Assembly (NCBI RefSeq): GCF_000011805.1
Contig: NC_006841.2
Source of the DNA: Aliivibrio fischeri ES114
GTDB lineage: Bacteria > Pseudomonadota > Gammaproteobacteria > Enterobacterales > Vibrionaceae
DNA: 32,000 bases
Strand: one strand, 5' to 3'
The notes beneath the pieces were generated by a model. It did not search any database and was not told where the DNA came from. It worked only from the letters and a program-made list of their open reading frames with translations. Made by a program: the position numbers and the translations under genes. This document shows positions 1 through 8,343 of the stretch, piece by piece; positions within the stretch are counted from its first letter, which is position 1, and each line of letters begins with the position of its first letter.

Positions 1-1031
1 ATGGGTTTAGATTTGATTTGGCTGCAACGCTAGGTCGTGAATATGACCAATTTAACCCTAACAATGCTTTTTTTAAAGCCATCGCTCAAGATCCTATCCT
101 AAAGAATACAAAATTGATTGCTGAGCCTTGGGATATTGGCCCTAATGGTTATCAAGTGGGTGAATTTCCAGATGGTTGGAATGAGTGTAGTGATAAATAC
201 AGAGACACAACAAAAAGCTTTTGGCGTGGTGAACAAAACTACTTAAAATCCATTGCTACACGTTTGATGGGCTCTCGTGATCTTGTTAGTGCTTCTCGTT
301 GGCCTCACAAATTACCCGTTAACTACGTGAGTTATCATGATGGATTTACCCTCCAAGATTTAGTTAGCTACAAAAATCGTCATAATCATGCTAATGGTGA
401 AAATAATCGTGATGGTCATGGCGATAACCGCTCCGATAACTACGGTGTAGAAGGGCCAACAGACAACCCTAGAATCATTGCGTTACGTGAAAAACAGAAG
501 CGTAATATGATGACTACTCTATTATTTAGTTTTGGAATACCACATCTTCTAGCTGCAGATGCATGCTCGCATACGCAACAGGGTAATAATAATGCTTATT
601 GCCAAGACAGTGAAATTAGCTGGGTTAATTGGAATTTAGATCCAACTGCGCAAGAATTTAAGATCTGGCTTTCAGATATGATTCATGCAAGACAGAAACA
701 TATTGTCCCAATCATTAATGCTTTTAGTGGTTCAAAAAGAAGCCATCAAAAAGTCGAGTGGTATACACCTGATGGACGAACCATGACACATAACGATTGG
801 CATGGAGCAAAATCACTGTGCTTACATTTGAATATTTACGATGGTGAAAAAGAGTTGTTAATTATGATTAATCAATCAAACATACCGACTCGATTTGTTC
901 TCCCTAAACTGACTAAACAAGCGAACTGGTCTTTAGTCTGTGATACTCAATATTCCAAAGTAAAACCAAAACCGATTGTTTTTGATTACAGCTTATCTCC
1001 TCTTTCTATCGCTGTATTCTGCAACAAATGA
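1..1031 (+). CDS. glgX: Glycogen debranching enzyme GlgX (GH13), C-terminal ~343 aa; 5' end is off the left edge
   Basis: Frame 3 is open from base 3 to the TGA at 1029-1031. Translation starts mid-protein with GFRFDLA (GH13 region II), then AEPWD (region III), YHDGFTL (region IV) and GNNNAYCQD, typical of GlgX/isoamylase. Confidence 0.9.
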   Translation, partial: GFRFDLAATLGREYDQFNPNNAFFKAIAQDPILKNTKLIAEPWDIGPNGYQVGEFPDGWNECSDKYRDTTKSFWRGEQNYLKSIATRLMGSRDLVSASRWPHKLPVNYVSYHDGFTLQDLVSYKNRHNHANGENNRDGHGDNRSDNYGVEGPTDNPRIIALREKQKRNMMTTLLFSFGIPHLLAADACSHTQQGNNNAYCQDSEISWVNWNLDPTAQEFKIWLSDMIHARQKHIVPIINAFSGSKRSHQKVEWYTPDGRTMTHNDWHGAKSLCLHLNIYDGEKELLIMINQSNIPTRFVLPKLTKQANWSLVCDTQYSKVKPKPIVFDYSLSPLSIAVFCNK

Positions 1032-1066
1032 AACAAGTAAGCTAAGAATCATACAAGGTATATAAT

Positions 1067-1098
1067 AAAAAAGGAGGCTAATAATAGCCTCCTTTTTA
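1067..1098. terminator. Rho-independent terminator, bidirectional shape (A-run / 10-bp GC-containing stem / T-run)
   Basis: AAAAAAGGAGGCTA-ATAA-TAGCCTCCTTTTT. Stem 1071-1080 pairs with 1085-1094, with a 4-nt loop. It lies 36 nt after the glgX stop. Confidence 0.75.
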
Positions 1099-1390
1099 GT
1101 AACTAAGCTGAAATTAATCGTCTTGCTTAACCTCAGATTTTACACGTCCTTTGTGATATGTCCTATACGCTAAAACCGTCAGCGTAATTATTAATTTGGA
1201 TGTCATCCAGATCATATACGAACAATCTACCTTTATTCAAAATGGTGTGTAAAAGAGAAAGTCTCTTGTTCTTAGTCGCCCCAATGTCATGAAACAGTCA
1301 GAATTATATCAAAATACACCATTCCTGTCACACTGTTACACATAAAAATAACAATGCGTACATTTTTCTATAAAGGTATCGCTTTTACTG

Positions 1391-2332
1391 CTAGATAATT
1401 TCAGCCAAACGATCTTGCACCACGCCCACAATCAAGTCTGGTTGGAACTTTGAAATAAAGCGATTACAACCGACCTTTTGAACCATTGCATCATTGAAAC
1501 TGCCACTTAATGACGTGTTCAATGTGATGAATAAATCATTCATACGATGATCATTTCGCACTTCATGAGTTAATCGATAACCATCCATCTCTGGCATTTC
1601 GGCATCAGTGATCATCAATAATATTTCATCATTAACGTTTTTGCCTTCATCACACCAACTTTTCAATAGATCTAAAGCTTGGCGACCATCACTTCTTTCT
1701 ATCACTTCAAGTCCTAATTGTTGTAATGTATTTCGAACTTGAGCTCTAGCAGTACTTGAATCATCAACAATAAGTACTTTTCTGCCATGCATGTGAACAG
1801 CTAGCCGTTCATCTAACACACCTTCTGAAATGGTAATGTCATAATCAATAATGTCCGCCAATACTTTTTCGACATCGATAATCTCAACAATACGTGTTGT
1901 ATTTGGTTCAACTTCAACTTGAGTAAGCGCAGTTAAAAAATTATTACGACCTACGGTTTTTGGTGGTGGTTGAATGTCTGCCCACGTTGTATTAATAATG
2001 TTCTGTACTTGTCCAACTAAGAAGCCTTGAGTGGTACGGTTATATTCGGTAATAATTAAGTTGGTTTCTTCTTCACTCCCCATCGGTCTCATACCAATGG
2101 CGCCACGCAGATCGATAACAGGCACTGACTCACCACGTAAACTTGCTACGCCTGATATATGATGGTGTGAACCTGGTAATTTGGTTAATGCAGGAACCTT
2201 TAAAATCTCTTTTACTTTAAAAACGTTAATTGCAAAAATCTGAGTGGTATTAAGTTTAAAAAGTAACAATTCCAATCTATTTTCACCCACTAACTGGGTA
2301 CGTTGATCAACGCTATTTAACATTCCACTCAT
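1391..2332 (-). CDS. cheV: Chemotaxis coupling protein CheV (CheW-like domain fused to a receiver domain)
   Basis: 313 aa. The N-terminal CheW-like region reads ELLLFKL...FAINVFKVKEI...ISGVASLRGESVPVIDL. The C-terminal REC region reads KVLIVDDSSTAR...LMITDAEMPEMDGY. Confidence 0.88.
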   Translation of the reverse strand: MSGMLNSVDQRTQLVGENRLELLLFKLNTTQIFAINVFKVKEILKVPALTKLPGSHHHISGVASLRGESVPVIDLRGAIGMRPMGSEEETNLIITEYNRTTQGFLVGQVQNIINTTWADIQPPPKTVGRNNFLTALTQVEVEPNTTRIVEIIDVEKVLADIIDYDITISEGVLDERLAVHMHGRKVLIVDDSSTARAQVRNTLQQLGLEVIERSDGRQALDLLKSWCDEGKNVNDEILLMITDAEMPEMDGYRLTHEVRNDHRMNDLFITLNTSLSGSFNDAMVQKVGCNRFISKFQPDLIVGVVQDRLAEII

Positions 2333-2406
2333 AGATATAGCTCACTTAATAATATAGTGCCGTCAAAATAAACGGCGATGATTTTTATAACACTTTAATA
2401 TATAGG

Positions 2407-2432
2407 TTATCGGCAGATTTGAGATGTCTTTA
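2407..2432 (-). promoter_or_regulatory. Candidate sigma-28 (FliA) promoter for cheV
   Basis: The minus strand reads TAAAG-N13-GCCGATAA, with a perfect -10 GCCGATAA at 2414->2407 and TAAAG at 2432->2428. It lies about 75 nt upstream of the cheV ATG. The consensus as I recall it is TAAAG-N14-GCCGATAA, so the spacer is 1 nt short. Confidence 0.5.
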
Positions 2433-2524
2433 ACAAGTTAGTGCAAAAAAATAGACAATAATGTTACTATTCTTCGCATAAGCACCAGATAAGGTGTGTG
2501 TTATACTAAATTAAAGGAATTTTT

Positions 2525-3766
2525 ATGTCGCAAGCCCAACCATTACTCGTTCGTATGATGAATACAAACATCGTTATACAAATTTTAATAGGTATTATCG
2601 CAGGTGTGGCTCTCGCTACGTTAGCGCCAAACCTAGCTATCTCTGCAGGACTTTTTGGTGAACTATTTGTTAGTGCATTAAAAGCCGTTGCTCCAATACT
2701 TGTATTCATTCTTGTTGCTGCTTCTATCGCTAACCAAAAGCGTGGACAGAACTCAAATATGAAACCAGTTATCGTATTATATCTTGTTGGTACGTTCTGC
2801 GCTTCATTAACTGCTGTTGTAATGAGTTTTCTTTTTCCTACCACATTAACTCTTGTTATCGACGCAGCAACCAATACCGCTCCAGAAGGTATTGTTGAAG
2901 TCATTAATACCCTATTATTTAAAATCATTGATAACCCAATCAATGCATTAATGACGGGTAACTTTATTGGTATTCTTGGTTGGGCTGTTGCTCTAGGCTT
3001 AGGTTTACACTCTGCATCTGATGCGACAAAAAAAATCTTTGTTGATTTATCAAACTGTATCTCTGCAATCGTAACGGTTGTTATTCGCTTTGCACCAATT
3101 GGTATCTTTGGTCTTGTATCTCACACGTTTGCTGAAACAGGTTTTGCTGTACTTGCAGGTTACTCTCACCTATTAGCAGTATTACTTGGTTCAATGGCGT
3201 TCATCGCTTTAATCGTAAACCCATTAATCGTTTATATCCGTACTCGTCGTAATCCTTACCCATTAGTATTTTTATGCCTACGTGAAAGTGGTGTAACGGC
3301 ATTCTTCACACGAAGCTCTGCGGCAAACATCCCAGTTAACATGGCATTATGTGAGCGTCTTAACCTACATAAAGATACTTACTCTGTATCTATCCCACTA
3401 GGCGCAACCATCAACATGGCAGGTGCTGCTATCACAATCACAGTACTAACGCTTGCTGCAGTAAATACTGCAGGTGTAGAGGTTGACTTAGCAACAGCAT
3501 TATTACTAAGCCTTGTAGCTGCAGTATCGGCATGTGGTGCATCAGGTGTTGCTGGTGGCTCACTACTACTAATCCCACTAGCTTGTAGCTTATTTGGTAT
3601 TTCAAACGACATTGCGATGCAAGTTGTTGCTATCGGCTTTATCATTGGTGTTGTACAAGATTCAGCAGAAACGGCTCTAAATAGTTCTACAGATGTACTG
3701 TTCACCACTGCGGCGTGTCGTAAAGCAGATAACCCATACAAGCCACTGGTTCAGCCAACTAACTAA
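2525..3766 (+). CDS. sstT: Sodium:serine/threonine symporter SstT (DAACS family)
   Basis: 413 aa polytopic membrane protein. The N-terminus ...[24 protein letters not shown] and the overall length match SstT as I recall it. SD AAGGAA lies upstream of the ATG. Confidence 0.88.
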   Translation: MSQAQPLLVRMMNTNIVIQILIGIIAGVALATLAPNLAISAGLFGELFVSALKAVAPILVFILVAASIANQKRGQNSNMKPVIVLYLVGTFCASLTAVVMSFLFPTTLTLVIDAATNTAPEGIVEVINTLLFKIIDNPINALMTGNFIGILGWAVALGLGLHSASDATKKIFVDLSNCISAIVTVVIRFAPIGIFGLVSHTFAETGFAVLAGYSHLLAVLLGSMAFIALIVNPLIVYIRTRRNPYPLVFLCLRESGVTAFFTRSSAANIPVNMALCERLNLHKDTYSVSIPLGATINMAGAAITITVLTLAAVNTAGVEVDLATALLLSLVAAVSACGASGVAGGSLLLIPLACSLFGISNDIAMQVVAIGFIIGVVQDSAETALNSSTDVLFTTAACRKADNPYKPLVQPTN

Positions 3767-3788
3767 TCATTGGTTTATAAAAACACAT

Positions 3789-3822
3789 AAAAAATGGCCG
3801 CTCGTTTGAGCGGCCATTTTTA
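3789..3822. terminator. Bidirectional rho-independent terminator shared by the convergent sstT and DUF1275 genes
   Basis: AAAAATGGCCGCTC-GTTT-GAGCGGCCATTTTT. This is a 10-bp GC-rich stem (3794-3803 with 3808-3817) flanked by an A-run and a T-run. Confidence 0.8.
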
Positions 3823-3837
3823 TATTAAAATACCAAC

Positions 3838-4500
3838 CTAAATCTCTTTATGTTGATATAAATAAATTGAATATGACATAGCTAATAAAGCACATAGTGT
3901 CGCAGGTATTGCTAGTGTATTAATTTCTAAAATTGGATAAAAATATCCACCAATGGTGCCACCAAAAATAAAACCAAATGCAATATAAAGATATAGCGCC
4001 AGTCGACGATGGTGAATAGGCTCTCCTTTAAGCTTCATTCCAAGCATGATACCTAAATCGGTTAATACGCCTGTTACATGTGTCGTTCGAACAACCGCAC
4101 CACTATACGTCGTAACCAAACCATTTTGTAAACCACACGCAGCAGAAGCGAAATAGTGCCCCCACTGACTGCCTTCATTAAGAACAATCATTGCAGCAAA
4201 CAACAATCCACTTTCAATAATTAAAGCAAAATTATAACGACGACCAAGCTTTAAAGCTGAGCAACCAACAATCAAACTGCTTAATGAAGATCCAAGAATA
4301 AAGCTAATAATGATAAATAATAAGTGCCAAGTCGTATCATTAAACCCAAGTAGTTGAGTGCCTAATAATGTCGCCGTCCCTGATAAGTGTGAGATAGATT
4401 GATGTTGAAAACCGAGTAAACCAACAGAATTTGTAATGCCTGCTAATAAAGCGAGAAAGAAGGTGCCATATTCGACCCATTTAGGAAGTTTTGAAATCAC
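3838..4500 (-). CDS. DUF1275 (YoaK-like) inner-membrane protein
   Basis: 220 aa, multi-TM, with the two family-typical motifs SHLSGTATLLG and THVTGVLTDLG. GTG start preceded by AGGTAA. Confidence 0.72.
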   Translation of the reverse strand: MISKLPKWVEYGTFFLALLAGITNSVGLLGFQHQSISHLSGTATLLGTQLLGFNDTTWHLLFIIISFILGSSLSSLIVGCSALKLGRRYNFALIIESGLLFAAMIVLNEGSQWGHYFASAACGLQNGLVTTYSGAVVRTTHVTGVLTDLGIMLGMKLKGEPIHHRRLALYLYIAFGFIFGGTIGGYFYPILEINTLAIPATLCALLAMSYSIYLYQHKEI

Positions 4501-4568
4501 GATACATTACCTAGCCAGTAAAGAGCGTTATTCTATACCTTAGAATCAAAATGTGCATGATCTACCGC

Positions 4569-4600
4569 AAAATAAAAAGGAAGACATTACGCCTTCCTTT
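4569..4600 (-). terminator. Rho-independent terminator downstream of glgA
   Basis: The minus strand reads AAAGGAAG-(9-nt loop)-CTTCCTTT followed by TTTTTATTTT. It lies about 28 nt after the glgA stop. Confidence 0.7.
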
Positions 4601-4627
4601 AAAAGTTAACTCATTTTTGATTATTTA

Positions 4628-6127
4628 TTAACTATTTATAGCTGTTCGATACATTTCTATGTATTTTAGTGCCGCTTTATTCCAGCAAAAATCTTGTTTC
4701 ATAGCATGCAATTGGACACGTTTTACTTCATTGAGGTTTTGGCTATAAAGTAATAACGAGCGCATAAGCACAAGTAATAACTCCATAGGTTCAGGATTTT
4801 TAAAACTAAATCCTGTCGCATTTTCAATGTCATCATCGTAGTTATTGACGCTGTCTTTCAAACCTCCTACTTCACGCACTATTGGCAAAGTACCGTAAGC
4901 CATGCTGTAGATCTGATTTAAGCCACAAGGTTCAAACTCTGATGGCATGATAAAGAAATCGGAACCAGCCTCTACCCAATGTGCAAGTTTATTATCGTAT
5001 GCTTCAACAAACGCAAACTTGTCACTATGCTCTTGTGCTATCTCTGTTAGACGAGTAGCAAGTACGGGGTCTCCTGTACCTACAATGACAAGCTGTAAAT
5101 CATTTTTCAGAAACTGCTCTAAGATAGGTAACAAATACTGAATGCCTTTTTGATTAGTCAAACGACAAACCATACCGTACATAGCAACGTCTTTTTGAGG
5201 TAATGATAGTTCTTGCTGCAATGCAGCCTTACATGCCTTTTTACCTCGAACCATACTTATTCGGTTTACTTTAAATTGCTTAGGAATGTAACTGTCTTTT
5301 TCTGGGTTCCATTCACTGTAATCACAGCCATTTAAAATCCCAATCAAATCTGATTCGCGATCTTGAAAGTCACTTGCCATGCCATGAGATCCTAGCTCAG
5401 TAAGTAACTCTTTTGCATAATTCGGACTAACCGCATTAATCTTATCGGCGCACTGAACCCCAGCCTTGAGCATACTAACATGCGTATGACTTATCGACGC
5501 TTCTGGAACAAAATGAGATTTAAATTCAGACAAACAAGCAATTTCATCGTAATGAAAAATACCTTTAAACACTGCATTATGAATGGATAAAACACTTCGG
5601 GTTTGATGGTAAAACTCATTTTCCACATAGCGTTTTTTCAATAAATAAGGAATGAGGCCTGTATGCCAATCATTTACATGAATAATATCAGGTTTTTTAT
5701 TCAGTAATTTAGGAAGCAGATCTAATGTCGCAGCACTAAAGAAAGCAAAGCGTTCTCCATTGTCAGCATAGGCTTGATTATTTTCAGCATACATCTCAGC
5801 ACGTTCAAAATAATCTCCAGATTCAATGGCGAATACTGGAATTCCATCAACATTAAGTGATCTAACTTGATATGCAGTATGAGGCCAATGCTCTAATTGC
5901 GTCGTTAGAATAATTTCAGCATCATCTCGACCAGCAATCGTCTTATAAGCAGGCATAACTATTTGAACGCTATGCCCCAGCTCTTTTAATGACTTAGGCA
6001 GAGCCTTGGCAACATCTGCCAAGCCTCCACTTTTTATTAACCCGTCAACTTCAGATGCTACAAATACAATTGATAGCGTCTTAGTAACCAACTCTCTCTC
6101 CTTTAGGGATAACAACAATACCCTCAT
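4628..6127 (-). CDS. glgA: Glycogen synthase GlgA (GT5). Start is ambiguous: ATG 6127, or TTG 6091 behind AAGGAG
   Basis: Carries the KSGGLADV (KxGGL) ADP-glucose motif near the N-terminus, and has the expected length and C-terminal GT-B fold motifs (EPCGLNQ). It lies directly downstream of glgC. Confidence 0.9.
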   Translation of the reverse strand: MRVLLLSLKERELVTKTLSIVFVASEVDGLIKSGGLADVAKALPKSLKELGHSVQIVMPAYKTIAGRDDAEIILTTQLEHWPHTAYQVRSLNVDGIPVFAIESGDYFERAEMYAENNQAYADNGERFAFFSAATLDLLPKLLNKKPDIIHVNDWHTGLIPYLLKKRYVENEFYHQTRSVLSIHNAVFKGIFHYDEIACLSEFKSHFVPEASISHTHVSMLKAGVQCADKINAVSPNYAKELLTELGSHGMASDFQDRESDLIGILNGCDYSEWNPEKDSYIPKQFKVNRISMVRGKKACKAALQQELSLPQKDVAMYGMVCRLTNQKGIQYLLPILEQFLKNDLQLVIVGTGDPVLATRLTEIAQEHSDKFAFVEAYDNKLAHWVEAGSDFFIMPSEFEPCGLNQIYSMAYGTLPIVREVGGLKDSVNNYDDDIENATGFSFKNPEPMELLLVLMRSLLLYSQNLNEVKRVQLHAMKQDFCWNKAALKYIEMYRTAINS

Positions 6128-7298
6128 CTGATACGTGGTATCTTTTCTTATCTTCTTGAAGGTTTACACCAATTTCAGTTCCTGGAGCTATATCTGCACC
6201 TTTATCGACAATCACTCGGCGCAAAACACAACCTTTACCGACTTTCACATTACCTAACAAAATACTTTCACTAATATCACAAGCGGATGCAATATTACTT
6301 CTAAAACCCAGTACTGATTTTTCAATACGTGAACCACGGATATAGCTACCACCACAAACGAGACTATCAATAATCTGCACTCGACCATTATCTGAATCAG
6401 AGAAAGTCGCAGGTGGTAATGGAGGATAATAAGTATGAAGTGGCCATTTGCGGTTATATAAAGAAAATGGAGCATCTTTCTTTAATAGGTCCATATGAGC
6501 TTCCCAATACGATTCAATCGTACCTACATCACGCCAGTAAACCTCTTTCTTTTCACCTTTAATATGATTTGTACTAAAATCGTAAACGTAAACATTCCCT
6601 TCTGGAAACATTTTAGGAATGATATCTTTACCAAAGTCATGAGAAGAATCTTCAAGCGCCGCATCATGGATCAATTCTTTACAAAGACTCTCTGCTTCAA
6701 AAATGTAGTTACCCATTGATACCAAAGCGATGCCAGGTTGGCCCGGGATACATTTAGGATTCGATGGTTTTTCTTCAAAGCCGATCATTTTGCCATGTTC
6801 ATCAACTTCAATAACACCAAAGCCAGAGGCATCTTTTGCAGGCATGCGTAGTGCTGATACCGTTAATGCTGCTTTTTTCTTTTTATGAAAATCAAGCATT
6901 TGGCGAATATCCATTTTATAAATATGATCAGAACCGAAAATACATACATGTTCAGGATCTGTTGATTCTATAAAACTGATATTTTGATATATAGCATCCG
7001 CCGTCCCTTCATACCAACGCTTACCTGTTCGCATTTGAGCAGGAACAGGATCAATAAAGCGATCTGTTATTCCATTTACATTCCAACCTTTTTTCATATG
7101 TTGAAAAAGTGATTGAGATTTAAATTGAGTTAATACATAAATTCGCATTAAATCAGCATTTACAAAATTATTTAATGCAAAATCAATTAAGCGATAACTG
7201 CCACCAAATGGTACTGCAGGTTTGGTTCTTGATTCCGTTAATGGGCGTAGACGTGAGCCTTCACCACCAGCCAAAATCATCCCTAATACACCAGCCAT
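6081..7298 (-). CDS. glgC: Glucose-1-phosphate adenylyltransferase GlgC
   Basis: 405 aa. N-terminus is ILAGGEGSRLRPLTESRTKPAVPFGG, followed by a C-terminal left-handed beta-helix-type region. SD GGGAGA lies before the ATG. Confidence 0.93.
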   Translation of the reverse strand: MAGVLGMILAGGEGSRLRPLTESRTKPAVPFGGSYRLIDFALNNFVNADLMRIYVLTQFKSQSLFQHMKKGWNVNGITDRFIDPVPAQMRTGKRWYEGTADAIYQNISFIESTDPEHVCIFGSDHIYKMDIRQMLDFHKKKKAALTVSALRMPAKDASGFGVIEVDEHGKMIGFEEKPSNPKCIPGQPGIALVSMGNYIFEAESLCKELIHDAALEDSSHDFGKDIIPKMFPEGNVYVYDFSTNHIKGEKKEVYWRDVGTIESYWEAHMDLLKKDAPFSLYNRKWPLHTYYPPLPPATFSDSDNGRVQIIDSLVCGGSYIRGSRIEKSVLGFRSNIASACDISESILLGNVKVGKGCVLRRVIVDKGADIAPGTEIGVNLQEDKKRYHVSDEGIVVIPKGERVGY

Positions 7299-7591
7299 GT
7301 GTTCTCCCTGAGATTATTATTAATATAGATAGAATTTCTTGAATTCTTTATTTTGAGATTAAGTTAACATAAATTATTTACAAATCTGTGAAATGTTTCG
7401 TTTATATTCACTTGCAAAATAAATTCATTCAATACTGTGCTCCAGCTCAATTTTTAAGCTATATACAACACAAATGGTTAACAATAATTTTACCAAGCCA
7501 TTATATAATCATGCGTACTTTAAAATATGTATTGAAACTTAACTATCTCAATGCAATGATTTCTCTTCATTCGCTTTCAGGAAGTGTAGAT

Positions 7592-8245
7592 ATGGCAGTA
7601 AGTCTTTTTAAACAATTGCAAATAGTTTGGGATTATCACCTTGTAAATCAAGAGATTAGAAAATCAGATGCTATCTTTGTTTTATGTAGCTACGATCTAA
7701 GAGTGGCAGAACATGCAGCCCAACTTTATTTAGATGGCTATGCGCCGTTACTTATATTTTCAGGGGCTCAGGGTAGAGCGACAGAAGGATTATTCACTTT
7801 AAGTGAAGCTGAAACATTTGCAAATGTAGCAAAAGACATGGGAGTCCCCTCCTCTGCTATTATTGTTGAAACAAAAGCAACCAATACAGGTGAAAATATC
7901 TTTTTCACTCAAGCATTATTAAAAGAAAGAAATATATCGGTTTCATCACTTATTTTAGTTCAGAAACCTTATATGGAGCGTCGATTATTAGCAACATTCT
8001 TAAAAAACTGGAATGATATAGAATTCTGTATCAGCTCACCTAATATTAGTTTTATCAATTACCCTACCGATGAAATTACATTTGACCATATTGCAAGTAT
8101 TATATTAGGTGAATTACATAGACTAAAAGTTTACCCCACATTAGGTTATCAAGAAGCACAAGAAATACCTGATGAGGTATGGCAAGCATTTGAAAATTTA
8201 ACTCAACTTGGGTTTGATGAGTATTTACTGACTAACGATAATTAA
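7592..8245 (+). CDS. DUF218 / YdcF-family protein
   Basis: DUF218 core reads AIFVLCSYDLRVAEHAAQLYLDGYAPLLIFSG...TNTGENIFF...LILVQKPYMERR. The ORF is open from GTG 7388, but ATG 7592 has an AGGAAG SD 7 nt upstream and gives a YdcF-like N-terminal length. Confidence 0.7.
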   Translation: MAVSLFKQLQIVWDYHLVNQEIRKSDAIFVLCSYDLRVAEHAAQLYLDGYAPLLIFSGAQGRATEGLFTLSEAETFANVAKDMGVPSSAIIVETKATNTGENIFFTQALLKERNISVSSLILVQKPYMERRLLATFLKNWNDIEFCISSPNISFINYPTDEITFDHIASIILGELHRLKVYPTLGYQEAQEIPDEVWQAFENLTQLGFDEYLLTNDN

Positions 8246-8285
8246 TATCAATTCAAATAAAGAACAGACTCCTAATTCTTTTAAT

Positions 8286-8324
8286 AAAAAGCCCTAAATC
8301 AGAAACTGACTTGAGGGCTTTTTT
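8286..8324. terminator. Bidirectional terminator between the convergent DUF218 gene and glgB
   Basis: AAAAAGCCCT..TCAG-AAA-CTGA..AGGGCTTTTTT, a long interrupted stem flanked by an A-run and a T-run. Confidence 0.75.
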
Positions 8325-8343
8325 CATTCATACTTATGATTTG

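Noticed and set aside
552-563. GlgX has LLAADA where E. coli GlgX and isoamylases have LLAGDE just before GNNNAYCQD.
   Set aside because: The three GH13 catalytic residues are present (Asp in GFRFDLA, Glu in AEPWD, Asp in YHDGF). The changed motif is not catalytic as far as I know. It is most likely ordinary lineage divergence and cannot be evaluated without an alignment.
1340-1380. Possible terminator hairpin downstream of cheV (AATG-CGTA-CATT followed by a T-run).
   Set aside because: The stem is only 4 bp and AT-rich, so it is not convincing as an intrinsic terminator.
2506-3741. Minus-strand ORFs of 145 aa and 120 aa inside sstT.
   Set aside because: They are antisense shadows of a well-supported transporter gene. 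They have no SD or recognisable motifs, and their hydrophobicity mirrors the sense-strand codons.
4947-6719. Short ORFs (64, 73 and 74 aa) inside glgA/glgC on either strand.
   Set aside because: They lie entirely inside strongly supported genes and have no start-site signals or family resemblance.
7376-7400. TGTGA half-site (TGTGAAATGTTTCG) upstream of glgC as a possible CRP site.
   Set aside because: Only one half-site matches, and the partner half (TCGTT) is poor.
7388-7591. N-terminal extension of the DUF218 ORF. Similar upstream extensions exist at 12761, 15261, 15585, 18390, 20354, 21242, 22358, 25383, 25756, 30215 and 31284.
   Set aside because: In each case an internal ATG has a better SD, or yields the family-typical N-terminus or signal peptide. 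The extensions read as AT-rich non-coding sequence.
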